A stretch of 64,000 nucleotides of DNA, from contig JBKAGP010000001.1 of NCBI GenBank assembly GCA_046290465.1, positions 832,001-896,000 on the forward strand, in the 5' to 3' direction. Source of the stretch: Planctomycetota bacterium. Its GTDB lineage: Bacteria; Planctomycetota; UBA1135; UBA2386. The notes under the pieces are model-generated. The model ran no database searches, was not told the origin of the DNA, and saw only the letters and a program-made list of their open reading frames with translations. Each line of letters starts with the position of its first letter. The first letter of the stretch is position 1. Of this stretch, positions 1 through 8,528 are shown in pieces. Made by a program: the position numbers and the translations under genes.

Positions 1-1
1 G

Positions 2-1039
2 CACGGCGCCTACGCATCGACGTTCCCCGACGACTGCGACAAGACCGAGAAGCTGCTGCCGGAGCTGCTCGACTGGCTGCAGGACCAGCAGCGCGACGAC
101 GGCTCGTTCGGCAGCCCGCCCGACAACCTGTTCGCGCCGCTGGCGATGCTCAGCAGTGGCAGGTCCAAGTACCGCAAGTCGATCGAACGCGCCGCCCGCT
201 GCCACGCGCGCACGACCAGCGCCAAGGACCACGGCTCGCTGATCAACTGGCGCTACGTGGCGGCCGGGATCTTCTTGTCGGAGTACTACCTGGCCACGCG
301 CGAGAAGTGGGTGCTGGAGGAGCTGCAGCAGGTGCACGACTTCTTGATGCACAGCCAGTACACCGACCGTTCGCAGATCAACCCGAAGGCCTACGAGAGC
401 CACCCCGATGCCGTTCCCAAACAGGCGGGCAAGGCCGAGGGCGGCTGGGGCCACAACCCGGGCTTCGAAGGCTACGGCCCGATCGCGATGATCACCGGCC
501 AGGGTGCGCTGGCGCTGGCACTGATGCAGAAGTGCGGGATCGAGGTCGACCGGCAGCGGCACGAGAGCGCCTACGGGTTCCTCGCGCGCGGCACGGGTCG
601 CAACGGCTACGTCTGGTACGGCGACGAGGTCGCCGGCCACGACCGCTACGCCGACATGGGCCGGACCGGCGCCGCCGGCATCGCCTGTGCGCTGAGCCCG
701 TGGCCCGGCGACTACCGCGAACGCGCGCTCGCCCATGCCCGCTGCATCGGCGCGCATCCCGACAGCTTTCCCGACACGCACGGCAGCCCGACGATGGGCA
801 TGGCGTTCGCCGCGCTCGCCGCCAACGTCGACGAGCCGAGCTTCCGCCGGCTGATGGCGAGCAATCGCTGGTGGTTCACGCTGTCCCGCTGCGCCGACGA
901 CGGCACGTTCTACTACCAGCCCAACCGCGACAACGCCGGCTACGGCGGCGACTCGCGCCGCAAGCCGACGGCGGTGGTCGCGCTGATCTTCTCGATCCCG
1001 CAGAAGAACCTGGTGATCACCGGCAAGCAGGTGAAGTGA
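2..1039 (+). CDS. DUF6288-like (prenyltransferase-like alpha-toroid) protein, 5'-truncated by the window edge
   Basis: Frame is open from base 2 (HGAYASTFPDDCDKTEKLL...QQRDDGSFG). Motifs NWRY..AGIFLSEYYLAT, GGWGH, DTHGSP and DGTFYYQPNRDNAGYG resemble DUF6288 proteins. Confidence 0.7.
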   Translation, partial: HGAYASTFPDDCDKTEKLLPELLDWLQDQQRDDGSFGSPPDNLFAPLAMLSSGRSKYRKSIERAARCHARTTSAKDHGSLINWRYVAAGIFLSEYYLATREKWVLEELQQVHDFLMHSQYTDRSQINPKAYESHPDAVPKQAGKAEGGWGHNPGFEGYGPIAMITGQGALALALMQKCGIEVDRQRHESAYGFLARGTGRNGYVWYGDEVAGHDRYADMGRTGAAGIACALSPWPGDYRERALAHARCIGAHPDSFPDTHGSPTMGMAFAALAANVDEPSFRRLMASNRWWFTLSRCADDGTFYYQPNRDNAGYGGDSRRKPTAVVALIFSIPQKNLVITGKQVK

Positions 1040-1095
1040 CGGCCAGCATGCTGCCGCACCTGGGCAGCCGCCTGCGAGCGATCTACGATCGCGTC

Positions 1096-2346
1096 ATGAA
1101 GGTGTCGTTCGCCGCGGGCCGCCCAGCTCGCCTCGTCGCTGAGATCCTCGCGCTCGCCGGGCCGCTTACCGCCCAGACCACCCACCTCGTCGGTCCGGGC
1201 GGCCACCCGCAGATCCACGACGCCCTGCTCGTCGCCGCGCCGGGCGACACCGTGCTGGTGCAGCAGGGCGCCTACCTGCCGTTCGATCTGGCGGTCGGCG
1301 TGCGCATCGTCGCTCCGGACGGCGCCACCGTCTCGCCGGCAATCGGCGCCGACTTCCAGCGCACCCTCGCGGTGCCGGCGGGACAGCGCGCCACGATCTC
1401 CGGGCTCCAGTTCCGCAGCGTCTCGTCGTATCCACCCGCCATCCACCCGGTGAACCTGACGATCACCGGCCATGCGGTGTTCACCGACTGCGAGTTTTAC
1501 AGCCCCAACGCCGACTTCGACGCACCGCTGACCGTCTGCGGCGGCGACCTGCAGTTCGACCGCTGCTCGTGGATCAACCTGCACGACTGCATGCGGGTCG
1601 TCGGCGGGCGGGTGCTGCTCAACCAGTGCGAACTGCGCGGCATCTACCAGGGCTACAACCCGGGTCCATCGCGCGCGGTCCACGCGACCGGCGGCACCGT
1701 CGTCGCCCACCACTGCGAACTGCGCGGCTCCGCCGGCAGCAGCAGTTCGTCGACGCTCGGGGCGCCGGCGGTCGAACTCGAGGGCAACGCCCGGCTCGAA
1801 CTGACCGACTGCGAGGTGTTCGGCGGCGACAACCTCTACTTCACGACCCCGATCCCGCCCGGCGCCGTCGTCAACCACACCGGTGTGCCGGTCCAGCACG
1901 CGCGCACGACCGCGGTCGGCGGGCTCGGCAACCTGCGCGGCTGGCCGCCGCTGGTTGCCAACGCACCCGGCTTCGTCGGGCCGGCCCAGCAGGTGCCGCT
2001 GGCGGGCGGAGCGGCAGCGGTCCCGACCGCCGGGGCGCCGTTCCAGGCGCTGCTGACGGCCGGCCTCCACGACGTCGTGCTGGTCGGCCTCGGCTTCGCG
2101 CGAGGGCCGGCGCTCGCGGTGCCGTTCGCGGCGCAGCCGGTGCACTTCGACCCGGCGACCGTGATCGCCTACCAGTGGAGCGTCGCGACCACCCCGATCC
2201 CGTCGTGGCCCGGTGCGGCCAGCACGACCGCGCAGACCCCGATGCTGACCGCGGCGATGCTCGGCCAACAGTTCTGGCTGCATCCGCTCAGCTTCGACGG
2301 GATGCAATTCCGCGTCGGCCCGCCGCTCGGCGGCTACGTCCGCTGA
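1096..2346 (+). CDS. Secreted beta-helix (pectin-lyase-like fold) protein with a C-terminal beta domain
   Basis: 3' part of ORF 307..2346. Signal-like N-terminus ending LTAQ, then VGPGGHPQIHDALLVAAPGDTVLV and periodic xxC(E/S)(F/L) strands. ATG 1096 has TACGAT 6 nt upstream; alternative start at 1048. Confidence 0.65.
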   Translation: MKVSFAAGRPARLVAEILALAGPLTAQTTHLVGPGGHPQIHDALLVAAPGDTVLVQQGAYLPFDLAVGVRIVAPDGATVSPAIGADFQRTLAVPAGQRATISGLQFRSVSSYPPAIHPVNLTITGHAVFTDCEFYSPNADFDAPLTVCGGDLQFDRCSWINLHDCMRVVGGRVLLNQCELRGIYQGYNPGPSRAVHATGGTVVAHHCELRGSAGSSSSSTLGAPAVELEGNARLELTDCEVFGGDNLYFTTPIPPGAVVNHTGVPVQHARTTAVGGLGNLRGWPPLVANAPGFVGPAQQVPLAGGAAAVPTAGAPFQALLTAGLHDVVLVGLGFARGPALAVPFAAQPVHFDPATVIAYQWSVATTPIPSWPGAASTTAQTPMLTAAMLGQQFWLHPLSFDGMQFRVGPPLGGYVR

Positions 2347-2362
2347 CGGGCCGTGCGCGCCG

Positions 2363-3532
2363 CTACTGCCAGGTCTGCAGTCCCTCGGCCACCGTCGGCG
2401 TCGGGTCGCCCGACCAGGTGAACGGCGGGTTCTGCCCGAAGTCGCCGGTGTGCGCGAACGTCGTGACGCGGAACGGCGGGTTGGAGACCGCGAACTCGCT
2501 GCGCGGTACGACCATCACGACGGTGTCGCCGCGGATCACGGCGCGGGCCGCCGACGACACCGTCTGGATGTTGTTGCCGGCGCCGACCACCTTGCAGGTC
2601 AGCGTCCAGCCGTTCGTCGGCGTGTAGTTCAGTTCGTACCAGCGGTCGGTATCGGCGAAGAAGTCGTCCGGGAAGCTCGCGGACGGCACGTAGTTGTTGG
2701 CAGGGTTGGCGTCGCTGTCGCAGACGACCGCGTACTGGAAGATCTCGGTCTGCGACGCGAGCGGGATGTCGTCCGACACCGAGTACCAGAAGGTGACGTA
2801 GTCCCCCGCCTGCAGCGGCGCGCCCGGACTGGCCTCGACGGTGAAGCCGTTCGGCCCGGTTCCGGTCGGGAACGTCTCGTTGCCCTCGTCGGTCACCCCG
2901 GTGAACAGCGCCGTCAGCTGCACGATCGTCAAGAACGCCGCGACCGCCCCGAACAACCGCACGTCCTGCGCCAGCGACGGGATCCGCTGCGGCACCAGCG
3001 GGTTGCTGTTGCGGGTCAGCACGCCGACCTGCGCGACCAGGACGCTGGCGAAGAACAGCGTCGCGAACGCCGGCTCCTGCATCAGAGCCAGCACCGCGAA
3101 CGCATTGCTCGCGAACAGCAGGTTGTTCCAGGTGATCGGGAAGTCGCGCGTCGTCGAACCCTCGAGGTATCGGGCGAACACGTTGACGGTCAGCACCGCC
3201 ACCAGCACGACGGTGGTGAACACCTGCACGACGAACTCCTCGCCGGGCGCGAGCGTGACCGTCGGCGTCGGGGTCTCGCAGCCGGCCGGGCAGTCGACCG
3301 AGAACTCCATGTCGCCATTGACGGTGCCGGGCGCGGTCTCGTTGCGCAGCGTCAGCAGGCCGACCAGCACGCTGGTGGTCGCGGCCGGGTTGAGCAGCAC
3401 GTTGCCGCCGCCGATCACGGTGGCCGCAACGACGGCGGGGACATCGACGACCAGCTGGCCGTTCGAGCTGCGGCGGCAGCCGAACAGACCGACGATCACG
3501 ATCAGGAAGACCATCAGGCGGCGCGTGTTCAT
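2363..3532 (-). CDS. Hypothetical lipoprotein, beta-rich
   Basis: MNTRRLMVFLIVIVGLFGC lipobox; consistent GC3-rich codon usage; beta-rich C-terminal domain (YAVVCDSDANPANNY). Confidence 0.7.
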   Translation of the reverse strand: MNTRRLMVFLIVIVGLFGCRRSSNGQLVVDVPAVVAATVIGGGNVLLNPAATTSVLVGLLTLRNETAPGTVNGDMEFSVDCPAGCETPTPTVTLAPGEEFVVQVFTTVVLVAVLTVNVFARYLEGSTTRDFPITWNNLLFASNAFAVLALMQEPAFATLFFASVLVAQVGVLTRNSNPLVPQRIPSLAQDVRLFGAVAAFLTIVQLTALFTGVTDEGNETFPTGTGPNGFTVEASPGAPLQAGDYVTFWYSVSDDIPLASQTEIFQYAVVCDSDANPANNYVPSASFPDDFFADTDRWYELNYTPTNGWTLTCKVVGAGNNIQTVSSAARAVIRGDTVVMVVPRSEFAVSNPPFRVTTFAHTGDFGQNPPFTWSGDPTPTVAEGLQTWQ

Positions 3533-3763
3533 GGCCACCCAGGCGGCAATGGCGGCCGTGCACCGCCAGGAAAGTGCCGCGATTCCGGAGCGTTCGCGGG
3601 CGTTACGGCAGCGCGCAGAGCGAGAGCACCGCGCTCGCCGTCGCGTACGCCTCCATGCCACCGTAGCTCCAGGCGTCGTCGGCCGGCCCGTGCGCGGTCG
3701 CGCCGTCTACGATGCGGTGGCCGGGCAACGCATCGTGCAGCGCCGTTCGCCAGACGTCGGCGT

Positions 3764-3849
3764 GCTAGGAGCGTGTCCATCTAGTGGACGCGCTGCCAAC
3801 CGTGATCGCGGAAGCGGCGTGTACGCGTGCGGACGGGGCTTTGCCCGCT
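3764..3849. repeat. Dispersed ~85-bp palindromic intergenic element, copy 1
   Basis: Matches 27950-28035 except at 5 positions; contains hairpin agcgtgtcca-tctag-tggacgcgct. Confidence 0.9.
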
Positions 3850-4034
3850 CACGGCCGTAGCCGCCATCGCGCGTCGCGGCCTGTCGGCGGCCGGCACGCT
3901 GCGGCCGGATTCCGTGCAGATATCCACAGGCTCCCGGCAAGGTTCTGGCGCATCCGGCCCCGCCCCTCCACAATCCTCGCGCGCGGGATACGTAGGGGTA
4001 CGGCCCGCCGAACCCACTACCGCAACCACAGCTC

Positions 4035-4748
4035 ATGACCGAGACCGATTCCCCGACCCCTGCTCCGAGCCCGGCCGTCACCCCTTCGCCCGCCGGCCCT
4101 GCCGAGAGCGTCATCATCCGGCCGTGGCCGAAGGTCGTGTTCCTCTACCCGACCTTCGTCATCTCGACGATCTTCTTCCTGCTCAGCTGGCTCGACCTCG
4201 GCATCGGGCCGGACGTGCTCGGCAACGCGTGGATGCTCGTGTTCATGCTGAACATCCTGATCTTCGCGTTCGACTTCTCGCGGATCTGGTCGATCGTGAT
4301 GGTGTTCGCCATCGCGCTGGTGGTCGTGCTGTTGTTCTGGCTCGACCTGACCGGCTACATGGGCAAGGTGCTCGGCAAGGTGCACATCGAGATGAACACG
4401 CCGTTCTACGGCTTCATGAGCGGCGGCCTCGGCCTGCTGCTGCTGATCGTGTTCATCAACAGCCGGTTCCACTACTACGAGGTCAACGCGCGCGAGATCC
4501 TGCACCACCACGGCTACCTCGGCGACGTGCGCCGCTGGTCGACCGAGGGCCTCGAGATGAACAAGGAGATCTACGACGTCGCGGAGTACATGCTGCTGCG
4601 CAGCGGCCGGCTGATCTTCAACCCGATGACCTCGAAGAAGGCCGTCGTCGTCGACAACGTCGCCAACGTCAACCGCATCGAGAAGTCGATCAACGACCTG
4701 CTGAGCCACGTCGCGGTCCGCATCAACCAGCGCCCGGGCCCGGGCTAA
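4035..4748 (+). CDS. Membrane protein (~4 TM helices) with a C-terminal soluble, possibly bacterial PH-like, domain
   Basis: Hydrophobic segments at aa ~30-140, followed by YYEVNAREILHHHGYLGD...GRLIF. Confidence 0.75.
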   Translation: MTETDSPTPAPSPAVTPSPAGPAESVIIRPWPKVVFLYPTFVISTIFFLLSWLDLGIGPDVLGNAWMLVFMLNILIFAFDFSRIWSIVMVFAIALVVVLLFWLDLTGYMGKVLGKVHIEMNTPFYGFMSGGLGLLLLIVFINSRFHYYEVNAREILHHHGYLGDVRRWSTEGLEMNKEIYDVAEYMLLRSGRLIFNPMTSKKAVVVDNVANVNRIEKSINDLLSHVAVRINQRPGPG

Positions 4749-4757
4749 TCGTCTGCA

Positions 4758-6911
4758 TTGCCTGAGATCCTGATCGGTCTGGCCTCGTGCCACGAGGCCT
4801 TCGTCGCAGCTCCCCTGATCCAACGACTGCTGGCGCACCCGGCCGGGGCGCGCGTCGCCCTGCTGGGCGGCGAGCCGGAGCTGGCCCACGCTCGCAGCCT
4901 CGGGCTGCCCGAGGTCGAGGTGGAGCTGGCCCGCGAGGTGCGCGGCGAGCGGCTCGACGAGGTCGCCGCCTTCGCTCGTGAAGTGCTGCGCGATGCCGAG
5001 CTCGTGCTGACCGTCGGCAGCGGGCGGCTGGCGACCGCGCTTTGGGACGTCGCGCGCAGCGCCGGCAGCCGGTGCGTGCACGTCGACGCGGGCGAGCGCA
5101 CGGGCGACCACCGCGACCGCATCCGCCGCCTCGCCGACCACGCCGCCGATGCCTGCCTGGTGCGCAGCGACGCCGAACGTGAACACCTGCTGCGCGAAGG
5201 CATGGCCGAGGCCGACCTCGCCGTGGTCGGCTCGTTGACCGGCCAGGCGCTGGCCGCGCTGCCGCCGGCCACAGCACCCGCGCAGCCGTTCGTGTGGCTG
5301 GCCGGTGAGCACCTGCGAGACCCGGAGCTCGAGCAGACCGCGCGCGAGGCGTGCGAACGGCTCGACCTGCAGCTGCAGGTCGCGCAGAAGGACGACGATC
5401 CGCGCAGCCAGCTCGACCGCGCGCGCACCGCGGCGGTGATCGTCACCGACAGCTGCGGCTACCAGGAGTTCGCCGCGGCGGCCGGCATCCCGTGCGTCGT
5501 GCTGGCCCCCGCCGGCGCCCGTTGGGACCTGCTGGTGTCCGGCGGCGCGGTCGTCGCCGAGCACCCGGTCGAGCTGCAGGCGGCGATCGAACATGCGCGG
5601 CAGTCCCGGCTGGCGGCGCCGCCGGCGACCGACGCCGCCGCAGCGATCGTGGCGGCGCTCGAAGCGTGGTCGGGTCCCGACGTCGACGCGGACGCCGACC
5701 AGACGCTGCCGACCGAGGCCAACGCCAGCGGCCGCACGTTCGACGACGCCGAGCTGCGCATGCTGCACGCGGCGCTGCGATCGGGCACGCTCAACTCGAC
5801 GCGCGGCACGTTCGTCAGCCGGTTCGAACGCGAGTTCGCCGAGTGGCTCGGCGTCGAGCATGCGATCGCCTGCGCCAACGGCTCGGCCGCAGTGCACTGC
5901 GCAATCGCGGCGCTGCGGCTGTCCGCCGGCGACGAGGTCGTCACGACTCCCATCACCGACATGGGGGCGCTGACCCCGATCTGGTACGAGGGCGCGGTGC
6001 CGGTGTTCGCGGACGTCGACCCGGACACGCTCAACGTCACCGCCGACACCATCGCTGCGCAGCTGACCGAGCGGACCCGCGCGATCATCGTCACCCACCT
6101 GTTCGGCCGGCCCTGCGACATGGCGCCGATCGTCGCGTTGGCGGAGTCGCGCGGGCTGCCGCTGATCGAGGACACCGCGCAGGCGTTCGGCGCTACGCTC
6201 GGCGAACGGGCCGTCGGCACGTTCGGCAAGGTGTCGGCGTTCTCGCTGCAGCAGGGCAAGCACATCACCACCGGCGAGGGCGGCATCGTCTGCACCGACG
6301 ACGCCGAGATCGCGCGCCGTGTGTTCCTGTTCGTCAACAAGGCGTGGGGCTACGGCGACCCGAAGCCCGACCACTACTTCCCGGCGCTCAACTACCGCAT
6401 GACCGAGCTGCAGGGCGCGGTCGCCTGCGCGCAGCTGCCGAAGCTCGACGAGGTGATCGCGCACCGTCGGATGATCGCCGCCGATTTGCATTCGCGCCTG
6501 CACGGATTGGCCGGCATCCGCTGCCCGGACGACCCCGACAACGGCCAGCACGTCTACTGGAAGTGGTCGTTCCTGGTCGACGCCGAGGTCGTGCCCGGCG
6601 GCGCCGTCGCGCTCGGCGCCCGCATGCGCGAGCAGGGCATCGCCTGCGCGCCGCGCTATGTGCAGAAGCCGGCCTTCGAGTGCCAGCTGTTCCGCGACTG
6701 GCGGTCGCACCCGGTCAGCAGCCTGCCCCTGCAGCACAACCCGCGCGGCACCACCGACGGGCCGCTGTTCGATCGTTCGCAGTATCCCGGCTCGATCCGA
6801 GGCCTCGAGCAGGTCGTGGTGCTGCCGATCAACGAACGCTACCGACCGCACCACGTCGAGATGGTCGCCGACGCGATCCGACGCTGCCACCAGGAGCTGA
6901 CCCGTGGCTGA
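4758..6911 (+). CDS. Fusion of a degenerate UDP-GlcNAc 2-epimerase-like domain and a DegT/DnrJ/EryC1/StrS PLP aminotransferase
   Basis: N-half has VHVDAGERTGD and VIVTDSCGYQE..AAGIPCVVL. C-half has ANGSAAVH, IEDTAQA, FSLQQGKHITTGEGG (PLP Lys) and NYRMTELQGA. TTG start. Confidence 0.85.
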   Translation: MPEILIGLASCHEAFVAAPLIQRLLAHPAGARVALLGGEPELAHARSLGLPEVEVELAREVRGERLDEVAAFAREVLRDAELVLTVGSGRLATALWDVARSAGSRCVHVDAGERTGDHRDRIRRLADHAADACLVRSDAEREHLLREGMAEADLAVVGSLTGQALAALPPATAPAQPFVWLAGEHLRDPELEQTAREACERLDLQLQVAQKDDDPRSQLDRARTAAVIVTDSCGYQEFAAAAGIPCVVLAPAGARWDLLVSGGAVVAEHPVELQAAIEHARQSRLAAPPATDAAAAIVAALEAWSGPDVDADADQTLPTEANASGRTFDDAELRMLHAALRSGTLNSTRGTFVSRFEREFAEWLGVEHAIACANGSAAVHCAIAALRLSAGDEVVTTPITDMGALTPIWYEGAVPVFADVDPDTLNVTADTIAAQLTERTRAIIVTHLFGRPCDMAPIVALAESRGLPLIEDTAQAFGATLGERAVGTFGKVSAFSLQQGKHITTGEGGIVCTDDAEIARRVFLFVNKAWGYGDPKPDHYFPALNYRMTELQGAVACAQLPKLDEVIAHRRMIAADLHSRLHGLAGIRCPDDPDNGQHVYWKWSFLVDAEVVPGGAVALGARMREQGIACAPRYVQKPAFECQLFRDWRSHPVSSLPLQHNPRGTTDGPLFDRSQYPGSIRGLEQVVVLPINERYRPHHVEMVADAIRRCHQELTRG

Positions 6912-7878
6912 GCTCTCGGTCGCGATCCTCGGCTGCGGCGGCATCGCCGATGCCTACCGGCAGGCGCTGCAGCAGCTCGACGGCGTGCGCATCGCCGCGG
7001 TGGTCGATCCGGACGACGTGGCGCGCACGCGCTTCGCCGAGTCGACCGGCGCCGCCGCGTTCGCCGCGCCCGAAGCGATGCCCGACGTCGACACGGCGCT
7101 GGTGCTGAGTCCGCCCGACACCCACGAGCGCCTGACCTGCAGCCTGCTCGCTCGCGGCATGCACGTGCTGTGCGAGAAGCCGCTGGCGCCGACGCTGGCA
7201 GCCGCCGACCGCATGCTCGACGTGGCGCGCGATGCCGACCGGCGGCTGATGATGGGCAGCAAGTTCCGCTACACCCCGGACGTCGCCGAAGCGCGGCAGC
7301 TGCTCGACCGGCAGGTCTGCGGCGACGTCGTGCTCTACGAGAACGTGTTCTGCTCCCACGTCGACATGACCCGGCGCTGGAACAGCCGACCGGAGATCAG
7401 CGGCGGCGGCGTGCTGATCGACAACGGCTGCCACAGCGTCGACCTCGCCCGCTACCTGCTCGGCCCGCTGTCGAAGGTGCAGGTGCAGTTCGGCCGCCGC
7501 GTGCAGGACCTGCCGGTCGAAGACACCGCGCGCATGCTGTTCCAGAGCCGCAGCAACGCGCTCGGCTCGATCGACCTGTCGTGGAGCGTGCACAAGCAGA
7601 CCGACGCCTACGTGCGCATCATCGGCACCCGCGGCACGCTCGAGATCGGCTGGCGCGGGTCGCGCTGGAAGGCCACCGACGGCGACTGGCAGCCGTTCGG
7701 CGTCGGCTACGACAAGGTGACCGCGTTCCGCACCCAGCTGCAGAACTTCTTCGCGTGGGTGCGCGGCGACGCGGCCCCGGTGATCGACGACACCGACGCG
7801 CGCGCTTCGGTCGTGGTCGTCGACTGCGCCTACCGGGCGGCAAAGGAAGAGCGCTGGGTCGAGATCCCGGAGGCCTGA
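6904..7878 (+). CDS. Gfo/Idh/MocA family NAD-dependent oxidoreductase (WbpB-like)
   Basis: ILGCGGIA Rossmann motif, HVLCEKP, SGGGVLIDNGCHSVD; overlaps the upstream stop codon. Confidence 0.9.
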   Translation: MAELSVAILGCGGIADAYRQALQQLDGVRIAAVVDPDDVARTRFAESTGAAAFAAPEAMPDVDTALVLSPPDTHERLTCSLLARGMHVLCEKPLAPTLAAADRMLDVARDADRRLMMGSKFRYTPDVAEARQLLDRQVCGDVVLYENVFCSHVDMTRRWNSRPEISGGGVLIDNGCHSVDLARYLLGPLSKVQVQFGRRVQDLPVEDTARMLFQSRSNALGSIDLSWSVHKQTDAYVRIIGTRGTLEIGWRGSRWKATDGDWQPFGVGYDKVTAFRTQLQNFFAWVRGDAAPVIDDTDARASVVVVDCAYRAAKEERWVEIPEA

Positions 7879-8468
7879 TGGCGGACGACGTACGGATCCA
7901 CGCGACCGCCATCGTCGAACACGACGTCGAGATCGGCGCGCACACGTCGATCTGGGACGGCGTGCACATCCGCCACGGTGCCCGCATCGGCGCGCGCTGC
8001 ATCGTCGGCGAGAAGACCTACATCGCCTACGACGTCACCATCGGCGATCTGTGCAAGCTCAACGCCAACGTCTACGTCTGCGCCGGCGTGACCCTCGAGG
8101 ACGGCGTGATGATCGCCGCCCACACGGTGTTCACCAACGACCTGCTGCCGCGCGCGACCGACCCCGACGTCACCGAGCTGCGATCCAGCGCACCCGACGA
8201 AGCGACGCTGCGCACGTACGTGCAGCAGGGCGCGACCGTCGGCGCCAACTGCACCATCGGCCCCGGCGTCACGCTCGGCGCCTGGTGCATGGTCGGCATG
8301 GGCAGCGTCGTCACGCGCAACGTGGAGCCGCACACGCTGGTGCGCGGCAACCCGGCGCGACCGGTCGGCAAGGTCTGCGCCTGCGGTCGGCTGGTGGCGC
8401 GGGTCGACGCCGATGGCCAGCTGCCACCCGGCCCACACGCGTGCGGCTGCGGCCGGCACGTCGGCTGA
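7878..8468 (+). CDS. Hexapeptide-repeat N-acetyltransferase (WbpD-like)
   Basis: TGATG coupling; IHATAIVE, VFTND..PRA, GATVGANCTIGPGVTLG, GNPARPVGKVCACG. Confidence 0.9.
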   Translation: MADDVRIHATAIVEHDVEIGAHTSIWDGVHIRHGARIGARCIVGEKTYIAYDVTIGDLCKLNANVYVCAGVTLEDGVMIAAHTVFTNDLLPRATDPDVTELRSSAPDEATLRTYVQQGATVGANCTIGPGVTLGAWCMVGMGSVVTRNVEPHTLVRGNPARPVGKVCACGRLVARVDADGQLPPGPHACGCGRHVG

Positions 8469-8528
8469 GGCGGCGCGCGCACGCGCTCGGCCCGCCGGCG
8501 GCTGGCGCGGCGTGTCCGGGGCGTGCGC

